This document shows, piece after piece, positions 46,508 through 61,130 of a stretch of DNA of 64,000 nt. The DNA comes from the human T2T-CHM13v2.0 reference genome, Homo sapiens, in assembly GCF_009914755.1 (NCBI RefSeq), contig NC_060926.1. The stretch is one strand, 5' to 3'. Each line of letters starts with the position of its first letter. Positions within the stretch are counted from its first letter, which is position 1. Under the pieces are notes generated by a model. The model was not told the DNA's origin. It was given only the letters and a program-made list of their open reading frames with translations, and did not search any database. Position numbers and translations under genes: made by a program.

Positions 46508-49500
46508 CACCTGGTTCCTTTTAAGGGATAATGGTGTTTAGAAATCAAAACCAGAGAGCTAGGGGTACTTACAGCTACTAGAATGTCATTGCTCTTATGT
46601 TTCTCCAGTGGACAGGACCCGAGTTCATAATGATATTTATAATTCAGACTTAACAGTACAGAGGTTTTACTTCTTTGATTTTTATATTTGTATCTCCTTT
46701 ATGTTATGCTTAATAAGACACTTAATATCTTAGTTCCTAGCTCAGGATCCTTTAAGTACCGTATATAACATTTATTCAATATATAAAATGAAAACTATTT
46801 GAAAATGAGACATTTACATAACAAGAAATCGATGGTGGTAGTGTATATATATATGTTACACATATGCATGCACAGAAGATTATAGTATCTGTAATATATA
46901 TCTTCATATAACATATATGAGGATAATTAAATTTGTACATGTATACTAGTTTGATAACTTTGTTGTAAGTCAGCAACTTTGTTGTCAGATTTCTTCTCTA
47001 GAATATCTTTTCCCTTATACTCAGGAGAGGAGACATAAGTAAAAGAAACTGCTTTTAAGAGACTCCTTGGGCTGCCCTGTAAACTGCTGAAAGTGGCTTT
47101 GGTTTTGTTTGGCACTTGAAGCTTTCTCTGCCCTTTGTGTTTTAGTGGCCTTCCCAGGGAAACCTGACCAGCCAGTTCTAGGTTGTCTTGGTTTTAGATC
47201 TTCGTATCTTGTTTTCCAGCTATTGGGATGGAGTTGCTAAGATTTAGTTTGTGCCTTCTCCTTGAAAATTTCCTTTCTCTGTCCTTAACCGTGTAAGTTT
47301 TGAGTTTTTGTGACTTAGGGCAGAAGGTGGTCACCAAAAGCTACATGATGTTTCTCTTCCCAGCATAAGACCCTGCAGTCAATTTGTTACTTTGAATTTT
47401 CTCCAGACAATAGCAACTGGAACAGAGCCCAGAAGTTCTGGCATATTCTTATGTTCTATTTTCTGTATACCGTGTGGTCTCCTAGCACCTATAAAGAGCT
47501 TTCAGACCACTGCCTCCATCACCCACATTCTCATATTCTCTTTCTCTCCCTCCCCACTCCCCCCTGCTCTCCCTTGGCCTTCTCCTCTCCCCACCTCTTC
47601 ACATGCATCCTTCTGTAATTCTATTTTATGGTTCAAAATAGTGCCCATTTGGAATGAATCATTTCTAACTTTTTAGTTGAAAATACTCATTCATGAAATG
47701 TTTAAGCACTGGTACCTTGCATCTCACCTGATCTTCAACAATTCTATTATGTAAAAACATTATTTTAACTACTTTGAGGCTCATAAAGGTTGTGTAATTT
47801 GCCCACAGTCACATAGTTTGTTTGGCGGAGCCTGGACAACAGCTACCTGTTGAGCTTATGTTATGTGCCAAATACTGTGCTAAGCCCTTTGTGTATTTTA
47901 CACATAGAGGCATGAGGATTAGAGAGGTTGGGAAGTAACTCATTGTAGTTGCCCAGGTTTCCGTCTGCAAGATCAGTATTTGTTATTCTGTGCTACATTA
48001 ACAATTACGTAACAATTATGTTTTATACATGCCTCAATAATTGACATTGTATACAAGATGCTCTAGAAGTCCAGAGGGAAAACACCCTGAGAAAGTTCAA
48101 TAGGGCTTCGCAGAAAAAGTGGCATTTAAACTAGGCCCTTTCTTGGAGCTGGAGCTGCAAGGAAAGAAAGGGAAAAAAAATGAGTTTTTCCAAAAGGAGA
48201 GATCCAGAAAGGCACTGTTGTCAGTGAGAAAACATATTTAAGGTTACATGGGATACCGAGTGGTTGTGTGGCAGAGCCCTTAGTGGCTGGGACAGGTTGC
48301 AAGGCAGGGAGGTGTGTGGAGATGGTGTGGTGGGGACTTTGTGGACCACATTCTGAAATTTAGATTCTGTCTTCTGTCCAGCGTGGTATAATAATGGAAA
48401 GTGATGTAAACAGATTTTTGTTTGGGGACTATAACTGGTGGTATTGGGTAGGATGACTTAGGAGGGCTCAGACCAACTGTTAGGAGACCATGGTGATAAT
48501 TGAGGCAAGAGCCTGACCCAGGACAGTAGGGAGGGGTGAGGAGCCTCCATGAGTAGACGCCGTCAGTGGCAAGCTACTTTGATCAGGTCAGGTCATCTGC
48601 CTGGCTGCACACTCCATGGCTGTTATTTTTTTTTTAATTTTTAATTTTTAATTTTTTTTACTGGAACACAGCTGAACTCAGTTTAAACTTGCTTTTACTC
48701 TGCTATTCTTAGAGTTCGTAATGACATATGTATATACCTTTATGCTTGTACGTGTGTGTATGTACAAATGTATGTGTGATTGTGTGTACACGAACTAGCA
48801 TCTTATACATGCTGTACTGAAATTTTTTTTCTCCCACTTAAAATATCTTGGAGGTCATTTTCTGTCAGTAAATCTGAAGCTACTTAATTCCTTTTGACAA
48901 CTGCTCAATATTTCATTATATGGATATGCTGTAATGCATTTAACTAGTCCATAATAATGGACATTTAGGTTATTTCTGATATTTTTCCATTACAAACAAT
49001 GATATAATGAGTATTCTTGTTACATAGGTCATTTTTTACATATACAATTATAACCAAATTCCTAGAAATAAATTTTTTGAGGAATTTGAAATTCTTTGAA
49101 ATTGCTAATTCAAACAGATTGTGCATTTGTCATTTTAATGTATTGCTAAATTATTCTTTATACTGCCTGTATCCTCACCAACACAATGACTTATCAGACT
49201 TTTTGGTAGGGACTCCTCTGAAAGAGGGAAAATGACATCTCATTGTAGCTTTATGCGTGTTTGAGCCATTTGCATTTTTCAAGAACCATTGGTATCTTTT
49301 TTTCATTTTCCTCTTGTGTTGTTGACCTTGTTCAGCTATAGTAGCTCTTGATATATTAAGGAAATTAGCCTTTTGACTGATGTGAGTTCCAGATCTCTCT
49401 TCCCAGTGTGATGTTTGTCTTTCAGCTTGACTTTCAGTAGTTATTACAAAGTTTTTCTTCAGTTGATTTATCAGGGTTTTATTTATTTATTTTTGGGAGT

Positions 49501-49972
49501 GGCTTTGGAATTTTATGTCATACTTAGAGAAGACCCTTCTTCCTGATTATTTTTTAAAACTTCCATTTTTTTCCTTCTAGCACGTGTATAGTTTAATTTT
49601 TTTTTTTATTTTAATCTTTCAGCCATTTGGAATGGATTTGGGGGATAAGGTATTAAGTATGGATCAAACTTTTTTCCCGCAGTTGTCCTAACACTACACA
49701 TTGAAAGTTTTATCTTTCCCTATTGATAGGAAATGCCATTAGGTATCTTATGTGTAGGTCTTGTCTGCCTGGCTAGATCATACAGTTTTTAAAGGCAACA
49801 GTCAGGTATTATTCTATCTTGTATGCCCCATAAAGCTGAGCATAATGATCTGGATAAAATAGGTATTAAATTAATTTTTTACATTTAAAAAATTGTGATT
49901 TATATAACATAGGAAAGTACCTGAAACATTCACATAGAGTTTAATGAAATTTTATAAAATGAACCTGTGTGA

Positions 49973-50348
<376 letters not shown>

Positions 50349-50612
50349 CTGTATGCCTTTCTAATCACATTCCTCTCCCATCCCCTAGAAGTAACCATTC
50401 TCTTAACTTTTGTGACAATGATTTCCTTGCTTTTCTTTTTATTAAGTTGAACCATATAAAATTATCATTTTTTGATAGGTCAAACATCATTAACTGTCTG
50501 CAATTTCATATTTCAGCCTAGTAGTTTTTACTCACTGTGTATGGATCTCTAAGCAGTATAGTTTGAGTCTGTTATTGAATATCATTTAAATGGAATCTTA
50601 ACTGTATTCTGC

Positions 50613-50964
50613 TGTATTAGTCCATTTTCACGCTGCTGATAAAGACATACCTGAGACTGGGTAATTTATAAAGAAAAAGAGGTTTAATGGACTCACAGTT
50701 CCACGTGGCTGGGGAGGCCTCACAATCATGGTGAGAGGCATGTCTTACATGGCAGCAGACAAGAGAGAATGAGAGCCAAGTGGAAGGGGTTTCCCCTTAT
50801 CAAACCATCAGATCTCATGAGACTTATTCACTACCATGAGAACAGTATGGGGGAAACTGCCTCCATGATTCAGTTATCTCTCACTGGGTCCCTCCCACAA
50901 CACGGAATTATGGGAGCTACAATTCAAGATGAGATTTGGGTGGGGACACAGCTAGACCATATCA
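50613..50964 (-). mobile_element. THE1 (THE1B-like) solo LTR, MaLR
   Basis: Typical tgtattagtccattttcacgctgctgataaagacatacc...gatttgggtggggacacag...atatca sequence; TG...CA ends; 5-bp TSD TCTGC at 50608-50612 and 50965-50969. Confidence 0.93.
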
Positions 50965-51107
50965 TCTGCGCTGTGCTGCTTTCACTCACTATGCTGTTGT
51001 AGTCAACCATGCTGTTGCAGGTTTCTGATTTTCATTGCGGAATATATTCCATAATATCACTACTGCATTTCAAGAGAAATCCATTCCACTGTTGCTGAAT
51101 TATGGGT

Positions 51108-51777
51108 TGTGTCTTTATTTGGACTATTTTAACAAAAATACCGGCCAGTCCCAGTGTCTCAAGCCTGTAATCCTAGCACTTTGGGAGGCCGAGGCAGGCA
51201 GATAGATTGAGCCCGGGAGTTGGAGACTAGCCTGGGCAACATGGCAAAACCCTGCCTCTACAAAAAAATAGAAAAATTTGCCAGGCATGGTGGTGCACAC
51301 CTGTAGTCCCAGCTACTCAGGAGGCTGAGGTGGGAGGATCACTTGACCCTGGGAGGTCGAAGCTGCAGTAAGCTGTGATCATGCCATTGCACTCCAACCT
51401 GGGCATCAGAGTGAGACCCTGTCTCTAGAAAAAAAATCCCATAGTCTGGGTGGTTTAAATAATGAACATTGATTTCTCACAGCTGTAGAGGCTGAGAATG
51501 CTAAGATCAAGGCACCAGCAGATCTGGTGTCTGTCGAGGGCCCTCTCTTAGCTTGTAGACAGCCACCTCCTCGCTATATCTTCACATAGGAGAGGAGAGG
51601 GAAAGGGGAAGCAAGCTCTCTGGTATCCCTTCCTATAAGGACACTAGTGCCATTCAGGAGGGTGCCACCCTCTTGACCTAATTACCTCCCCAAAGCCCTA
51701 CCTCCAAATGCTATCCCATTGGGGATTAGGCTTCAACATACAAATTTGGGAGGGACACAAACCTTCAGTCCACAGCA
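51108..51777 (-). mobile_element. MLT1A-like MaLR LTR interrupted by an Alu
   Basis: ctgggtggtttaaa...tttctcacag...agatcaaggcaccagcagat...ggggattaggcttcaacatac...agtccacagca. Confidence 0.75.
51143..51436 (+). mobile_element. Alu (AluJ)
   Basis: Dimer inside the MLT1 LTR. Confidence 0.9.
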
Positions 51778-52369
51778 GGCTGTCTACAGCTTTGACTCTT
51801 GCAGACAGTGTTGCTGTGAAAATCTTTGTATGTGGGTTTTAATGTGTGTGACTAAGATTTCGCCTAAGGATCAGCAAATTGTGGCTCACTGTTTTTTTCT
51901 TTTACTTTTTAAATACTTTATTTTGAAATAATTTTACATTTATGGGAGAGTTACGAAGTTAGTGCAGCGAATTCCTGTATACCCTTTATATACTTTCTCT
52001 TGCTTGTAAATGTCTTACGTAATTATGGTATATTTAAAATGAAGAAATTAACGTTGGTACAATACTGTTAACTACAGACTTTTTGGATTTCATCAGTTTT
52101 TCCACCAATGGTCCTTTTTCAGTCATAGGACCCAATGTAGGTTACTCTATTACATTTAATTGTCATGTCTTCTTAGATATGAAGCAAACTTACCAACTGT
52201 AGTACAGTAGGTACACACTGTGTGTATAGTTTTTTTGTTTTTAGCCTCCTAATATCCAGCCACATCACTGTTTTCCAAAGCTGCTACTATGTAGCCTTTT
52301 GGGTCTGTTTTCTTTCACTTAGAAAAACTCATTTAAAATTCATCCATGTTGTTACGTGAATGGTTGGTT

Positions 52370-53565
<1,196 letters not shown>

Positions 53566-53999
53566 GGGCTTCTTTCACTTAACAAAATGTTTTTGGCCGG
53601 GTGCGGTGGCTCACTGGAGGGAAGTAGCTTGCTGACCCCTGGTCTTGAGTGTGTATCTAGAAATGGAATTACTGGGTCAGGCAGGATGCAACTGTTTAGC
53701 TTTATTGGATAATGGTAGGCGGAATCCCAAAGTGCTTAGATCACAGCTTTGACAACACTTGGTTTTATCAGATTTTTAAATTTTTGCCAATTTGGTCCAT
53801 ATGTGATGGTGTTTTATTGTGATTTTAATTTGTATTTCCTGATTTCTAATGGAGTTGAACACCTTTTCACATGTTCATAAGCCATGTGGGTTTCCTGTTT
53901 TCTAGCATGCCTATTAACTTTCCTGTTGGTGGTTTGCTTTTCTAAATTAATATTGACTAATTGATATTCCAAAAATGTTTACTCTCTGTGTTTCTGCAG

Positions 54000-54090
54000 A
54001 ACAAATAGTGGAGAAAGATGAAGGTCCATATTATACTCACTTGGGATCTGGCCCCACGGTCGCCTCTATCCGGGAACTCATGGAGGAGCG
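54000..54090 (+). CDS. TET3: TET3 91-nt coding exon, start of Cys-rich domain ((E)[29 protein letters not shown](R))
   Basis: Acceptor ctctgtgtttctgcag|AA, branch-like gactaat at 53955-53961, donor GAGCG|gtgagt. Phase 1 in and phase 2 out fit the neighbouring exons. EGPYYTHLG is a TET-family hallmark. Confidence 0.98.
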
Positions 54091-55304
54091 GTGAGTGATA
54101 CACAGATGTCCAAGGAGAAATGGATGTGCTGTTAATGGAATACGGATATTAAGCGCCTCTCATTTTTCTTTGCCTTGTAACAGACAATATACAGAAAGGA
54201 AACCCTGATAACGGGCTTAGGGAAGGTTTACTGTGGGATCCTCACTTCCATTGTTTCTGGGTTTCTTTCATTCTGTAGGTCTGCCCAATTCATGTCCCCC
54301 TGCTTCTCTCTGTCTTGAAATGTTTTTATGGTTATATGGCTCTATGTCCTGTAGAGTTAGTTTCCTACATCTGAATTTTGCTGATAGCTTTCCCGTGGTA
54401 TTGTGGTATCATTAAAAGTGTTTAACATGCCTCTATGTCCTATAAATTGGTAGTTAGACCAAAAGCCCTGATTGAGATCAGGTTATTTTTCCTTTTTTTC
54501 CAAAACTACCTCATAGGTGGAATTTTTTACCTCCCCTAAGAGGAATATAATGTCTCACTCCTGGCCAGTGGAAACCTACTCAGGTTGTCCCCTAAATCCT
54601 TTGGACAGGATCGTAGGAGTGTTTCATAGCTTTCTTGATTTCTCATATGACAAGATATCCTGGGTTCACATTGTACGTTTATCCAAGAAGTCCTGGTTCC
54701 TTTTATTGGAGGAAAAGGTATTTAGAAAACAGACTCTGTCTACTAGGGGCACTCATGACTACACAGGGGTTGTTCATTGTTTTTAGGCTGCTTATGTAGA
54801 AAGAGCTATGTTGAATCTGGATTTTTCATTTTTGTTACTGCTTAGTGATTATATACATCATGAGTTTATATTGACACTCCCAATTCAAATTCAGGACTCT
54901 AGGGTTTCTGTTTACTAGTTGTGGTTTTTGAGCAGTTCATGCAGATGGAGACTTGGAAACCCATGTGCGTGTCCACGGCAGGTAGTAAACACTCTAAGTT
55001 CGAGTCTATGGCTCAGGGGCTGAGAGCAGGGACTTGAGCCAGACTGAGGCCCAGTCCTGGCCCTGCCACTCACTGCTGAGTCCCTAGCAAGTTGTTCTGC
55101 TCTTCTGTGACTCAAGTTTTCTTATCTGCAAAATAGAGATGCTGATAAAAACACACTGTAGGAGTGTCCCGAGGATAAACTGAATTGATGAATTGATGTG
55201 TGGAAACACTTAGTGCTTGTCATGAGGACTATGGAAAAGGTAGATAGTCATTAACTACCTCACAGACAAATGCACTGATTGCATTTTTTAGAACAAGCAT
55301 TAGT

Positions 55305-55620
55305 GTTTTTTGTTTGTTTGTTTGTTTTGTTTGTTTTTTTTTGAGACGGAGTCGTGCTGTCACCCAGGCTGGAGTACAGTGGCACAATCTCAGCTCACTG
55401 CAAGCTCCGCCTCCAGGTTCACGCCATTCTCCTGCCTCAGACTCCCAAGTAGCTGGGACTACAGGCGCCTGCCACCACGCCTGGCTAATTTTTTGTATTT
55501 TTAGTAGAGATGGGGTTTCACCGTGTTAGCCAGGATGGTCTCGATCTCCTGACCTTGTGATCCGCCCGCCTCGGCCTCCCAAAGTGCTGGGATTACAGGC
55601 GTGAGCCACTGCGCCCAGCT
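55305..55620 (-). mobile_element. AluY
   Basis: AluY diagnostics; TSD gcattagt(g/a)tttt. Confidence 0.93.
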
Positions 55621-55771
55621 GCATTAGTATTTTAATAATAAAAGCTAAGATGATGTAGACATAAGCATATGCTTGCCCATACATATACATACAGATAAGT
55701 GGAAAGTTGTGTGGCTTAGAGTTGTCGCAAATTTGGGAACCCCATTTTGTCTGACCATGAGAGCCAAATAC

Positions 55772-56077
55772 TTTTTTTTTTTTTTTTTTTTTTTTTTTGA
55801 GACGGAATCTGCTCTGTCCTCCAGTCTGGAGTGCAGTGGTGTGGTCTTGGCTCACTGCAACCTCTGCCTCCCAGGTTCAAGCAATTTTCCTGTCTCAGTC
55901 TCCCGAGTACCTGAGACTACAGGTACATGCCACCACTCCAGGCTGATTTTTGTATTTTTAATAGAGACGGGGTTTCACCATGTTGGCCAGGCTGGTCTCG
56001 AACTCCTGACCACAGGTGATCTGCCCACGTTGGCCTCCCAAAGTGCTGGAATTACAGGTGTGAGCCACCGTGCCTGG
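55772..56077 (-). mobile_element. Alu (AluS)
   Basis: Reverse dimer; TSD gagcca(a/g)atact. Confidence 0.92.
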
Positions 56078-57664
56078 CAAGGAGCCAGATACTCTTGTCT
56101 GTGTAGCAGGAAACATGATTTTGAGCTGAATGACTATAACAGCTTCTCTGAATAAATAAAAGGTAAGATACATGGAGGACAGTGATCTGCAGTCATCACT
56201 GTTAATTTCCTAGACCATCTGGGAACATTTATATTCACCAGTCTGTAAATTCCAGCCTGGTATGAGGGCACTTCTGAGTCCATGAGCATGAGACAGATTT
56301 GAAGCTGTGTGCAGTGTTGTCGTGCTTGCCTGCATGTGCTCACATGCCTGTGTGTTGTAGTTTGCAGATTAGACCAGGCAGCTTCTGGGCCGGTGATTTT
56401 TGTAAGGAATCCTGACACTATCATTTGCTGCAGGGGAGTCAAATGTACAAGTTTGATCTGGGGCAGGTTTTTTGTTCTGGGGTATTTTGGGGTAACAATT
56501 TTATAAGATTTCCAGACAGCTCTCTTAAACAACTTTTCATTATAGAAAAGTATTTTGAAACAAGGATCAAGAGATCTTTGAAATTTGGTAAGATAAGGTT
56601 GACATATGTCTTTTTTTTTTTACCCCCTGATTCTTTAAAAATAACAGCCAGCTGTAGACTCTTCAGAAACTGATCCAAGGGAGGAATTCCTCTCAAGACC
56701 AGGAATACTTGTGTTTTTCCTTAGCAACTGGTTTATTTTTATCTTAAGGACCTTGCAAATCATGTAACAGATTGCAGTTCCATCTTTACGTTGCCTGCTA
56801 GTAAACTTGGAGTCAGATTTGTGTACCCCATCAGGAGGAAGGTAATTTCTCATCTTTGGCCCATAGAACCTATTCAGGTTCATTCCTCTGGGTTTTTTTT
56901 TTTTTTTTTTTTTTTTTTTTGTCTATTTTATTTTGTTTTGTTTTTGACATGATCCTAACAAGCCTTTTTTGGATTTCTCATATAACAAGATATTCCAGGC
57001 TTGTCTCTCAAAAATACACACGAAACCCCACTGATTGTATTTTGTGTACCAGCATACCTTTTTTTTTTTTTGCCCTTTACTCTGATTTCATCACCTGTTA
57101 GTTTTATCTTATAGATATCTTCATAAGATCCTTTCTGGAACGAGGGGAGTAATGAGTGATTGATGCAAATCCCCTGGGTAGGGGTCTAGTTTGTGAATGG
57201 TAGGTCTAGGCTGTCTCTTTTCCTAGACTCTTCCTCAACCCTTTCTCTTCAGGACTGCTCTGCTGTCAGGAGTTGGCTGAAGGCAGGGAGGGGAAGTAAA
57301 CTGAAATCAGGGAAACCTGGTTCTCTTAGCTTTTCCAGTAAAGATTTTGGAGAAAGGAGGGGAAGGTTGAAAGCAAATCCTAAAATGTCCCAACTTATTT
57401 ATGAGTGTCATACTTTGTGGGTACCTAGGTCCTTATCTTCATAGATAATTGGAGTCAGTTGTCAAACTCGTATCTGAGACCGGTGCACAGCACAGAGCCT
57501 TGTGTGTTCTGTCTGGGAAGGAGATTCTCTGCAGCCTAGGAGTTCATTAAATGCTTGTTCTAGGAACAAAGAACCAACACTGCACTAGCAGGTTCTCTGA
57601 GATTTGGGGGAACTGGTCTCATTACTGTGTGACAGAGACAATCCTGAAAAGGCAAAGCCTCAGA

Positions 57665-57850
57665 GCAGTGGTTGTCAGACTTCAGTGGGCCTCAGAGTCT
57701 CTAGAGGGTTTGTTAAAGCACAGATGACTGGGCCCCACCTGAGTTTCTGACCCAGCAGGTCTGGAATGGGATCTGAGAATCTATGTTCCATTCCTACCAA
57801 ATTTCTAGGGGATGCTGATGCTGCTGGCCCTGGGACCACCCTTGGAGAGC
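57665..57850. mobile_element. MER5A-like relic
   Basis: tttgttaaagcacagatgactgggccccac...gatgctgatgctgctggccctgggaccac. Confidence 0.7.
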
Positions 57851-57851
57851 C

Positions 57852-57910
57852 AGTTATCCTTTAGAATAAGATGATTGGCTTGTATGATTAGTTATCCTTT
57901 AGAATAAGAT
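57852..57910 (+). repeat. 21-bp perfect direct repeat with 17-bp spacer
   Basis: agttatcctttagaataagat at 57852-57872 and 57890-57910. Confidence 0.9.
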
Positions 57911-59515
57911 TTCAGGCTATCTATGCAGACTTAGTTGAGGGTCTGATAGTTAATCTGAATACTAGAAGGGCCTCTTCATGATAGGCCAAAAAGTAAGGCA
58001 CTTGAGAAGAAAGAGCTAAAATGAGAGTTGATTGGCTGTCTTTAAACACAAAGAGACAGTCAGTTCTGTTTTTGTTTTTGTTTTTGTTTTTTTAAGTCTA
58101 GCTGATCAGACAGTGCTTGGCCCTTTTATTTGTCTAATGCGAGGTTCACTGCAGGACATGTTTCTCACAGGGGCGGGATGGTGGGGAAGGTCCTGGTTGG
58201 AAAGTGGTGGCAGTGTCCTCAGCTCACCCTCCTGCGAGGAATGCGATAGTGCTTCCGTCTCAGCGAGAGGAGTGTGGTCACCTCAGGCTGTTCTCCCAAC
58301 AGGGATCTCCACGACACACCAGGGGCCCAGGCCCTGCCCTTATGGGTGGCTTCCTGATAAATGCTTGTTGAAATGAAAGTTGTCCAGGAACCAGACAAAA
58401 GCAGCATTATGTGATCTTTTCCTCTTCATCCAGACCATGCTATATAAACCCCTGAGTCCTGTCTCCAAATGCTTTCTGTAAGAGAACAGAGCCTTAGAAT
58501 TTTAATGTTGTAATTATCAGAAACAGTTTTCATCCTTTTGCTAAGATCTTGAGTGAAATAGAGAACATGGAACTCAGAGGAACCTTAGATCAGCATTTTA
58601 AAAAAATGTTTGTGGCCTGACAAGAGCTTGTTTTAAAAAATTAATTCGTTAATTAAAAAAAAATTATAAACTGTTCTCTTTTTCAATTACAAAAATGAAA
58701 CAAAGGCTTTAAAAGTCTAAAGAACGAATAAAGCGCTAAAGTTCAATGCTTATTTTTCAATATTTTCTAAGGATTTACAAAGATATTTGTATATATACAG
58801 AGATAAATGTATTAATATGTATATAGAGAAGTTTTAAACCAAATGTGGTCCATTATACCCACTGTCTGTAGCTTGCTTTTTCCCCCCCACTTAATTTCTT
58901 TCCATGTCAGTACATACAATTCTACCTAATCATTTTTGATGGGACATGGTTTTTCATTGCATGAAAATTGATATTTTTTGTGAAATTTATTATAATGTAT
59001 TTAACCAGTCTCATGTTAGACATATAAGTTGTTTCATTTTTCTGTTGTTGATGAGACAGTGAATTATCTTGTTCCTAAAGCTTGGTGCATTTGTATGGTT
59101 ATTTCTGGGGTGGAGATTCCTAGAAGTGGAGTGGGTAAGATAAAGAATATGTGTATTCTGAACTGTAGAAGCTATGATAACATTCATGCTCTATGAAATA
59201 GTATATTAAAATAACATGCCATGATCAAATTGAATTTATTACAGAAATACAAGGTTATAGTATGCTGTGTTAATTGCTCAAATAAAAAACATTCAATCAT
59301 CTGTCTCCTTATGTGTTAAAAATATATTTTATAAAAATAATTCTTGATTAAAAATCCTTAGGACAGGAGACTCTTAGTGGCACCCTTCAAAGTAAGGAAA
59401 TCTGTCGCTTTCCCAAAGTTAGCCAGTTTCATGCTCAGTGATGAATTGTTGGAAACATTTTCAGTAAAGTCGGGAAGAAGCAGAGATGCCCGCCAGCCCT
59501 TCAGAAACTTGGCCA

Positions 59516-59818
59516 GGCCTGGCATGCGTGGCTCACACCTGTAATCCCAGCACTTCGGGAGGCCGAGGCGGGTGGATCATGAGGTCAGGAGTTCAAGACG
59601 AGCCTGGCCAACATGGTGAAACCCTGTCCTTACTAAAAATACAAAAATTAGCTGGGCGTGGTGGCAGGCACCTGTAATCCCAGCTACTCGGGAGGCTGAG
59701 GCAGAGAATTACTTGAACCCGGGAAGCGGAGGTTGCAATGAGCCGAGATTGCACCACTGCATTCCAGCCTGGGCGACAGAGTGAGACTCCGTCTCAAAAA
59801 GAAAGAAAAAAAAAGAAA
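59516..59818 (+). mobile_element. Alu (AluS)
   Basis: Full dimer. Confidence 0.92.
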
Positions 59819-59989
59819 GCCCCTGGCCATCTTAGGTGCTTTCTTTATGGCTAGAGCTATAAAGAATAGAAGGGAATAGGTGGCAAATGACCATTATCTG
59901 CAGGTGATATGACATTGCACCTGAAACTAAAAAACTGTTAAAAATAAGAAGATTCTGTAAGATGGCGTTTACATTATTAAAAATAATTA

Positions 59990-60240
59990 CTGTTTATTGG
60001 ACTCTTTCCTCATGCCAGGAACTTCAAAGCACTTTAAATAATATACTCCCTGTGGACTATTGTTTGATCTTTACCAAGCCCAGGAGGTGGGGATCATTTT
60101 AATCTCCATTTTACAGATGAGAAAACTGAGGCTTAGAGAAGTTTAGTAATTTGGCCACAGTTATATAGCAAGACAGTGGCAGGGCTGGCACTCACACCCA
60201 AGTCTGTCTGATGTCCAGGGCTGTGCTTAGACCACTGCTG
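59990..60240 (-). mobile_element. MIR
   Basis: ctccattttacagatgagaaaactgaggcttagagaagtt. Confidence 0.8.
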
Positions 60241-60947
60241 CCTCTTTGTAGTTGTGTGGCCTTGGATAAGTCAGTTCAACTCCAGGGGCCATAGTTGCAC
60301 CATCTCTGAATATAGTGTGGTTGATTAGACAGTCCTAGAGAGCTGGGGTTCTGAAGCCCTGAGTGTGTGGGGGAGCCAGGGCAGGTGACGTGTGCAGGAA
60401 CCAGATGTGTTTACTGTCCAGGGGAACCTCAGAGCTGGCGTTTGGGCTTAGTAGAGCCACTTCTCCCCAACCTCAGCTGTTTGTCATCATCATGGTCAAA
60501 TGTCATCTAGGGATTATTCAAAGAGAATAATAAGGGTTCCCCCATTTATTTCATTTGTTATATTTATAAATAGCTAACTCTCAGGGTGACTCAGCTAACA
60601 GGGCTGGATACAAATGCCCATGTTTAGCCTTTGGTTTCAGTTCCCTTCTGGAGTTCGGAGGTAACGATCAGGGACATTCTGCTCGGCTGTCTTTCTGCCT
60701 TGGATCAGAGGGGGCCCGATGGGCGGGAGCAGAGAAGGGGCAGGTGAACCTGGAAGCCTGGAAGTGGCCGCTGTGTCTCCAGAGCCTTTAGGTACCAAAT
60801 AACATTTAAACCTTTCTCTTTCTTCTCTGTTGCCCCCGACGGTAACCAGAAACTCAAACAAAAGCACACTGAGGCTGTCTTCTGACCAAAAGTTGTTCTC
60901 CTTTGGGGTTCTGCTGTGCTAATGGTGGCTTCTGTCTCCCTCTTCAG

Positions 60948-61041
60948 GTATGGAGAGAAGGGGAAAGCCATCCGGATCGAGAAGGTCATCTACACGGGGA
61001 AGGAGGGAAAGAGCTCCCGCGGTTGCCCCATTGCAAAGTGG
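60948..61041 (+). CDS. TET3: TET3 94-nt coding exon, Cys-rich domain ([31 protein letters not shown])
   Basis: Acceptor tctgtctccctcttcag|G, branch-like ctaat at 60919-60923, donor AAGTGG|gtgagt. [15 protein letters not shown] is a conserved TET motif. Confidence 0.98.
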
Positions 61042-61064
61042 GTGAGTGTTGAGCCCACTCAAGA

Positions 61065-61130
61065 GCCACAGCTGTGCCTGGTTCCCCTTGCTGCATGGCC
61101 ACGGCTGTGCCTGGTTCCCCTTGCTGCATG
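61065..61130 (+). repeat. 33-bp tandem duplication (2 copies, 1 mismatch)
   Basis: gccac(a/g)gctgtgcctggttccccttgctgcatg x2. Confidence 0.95.
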
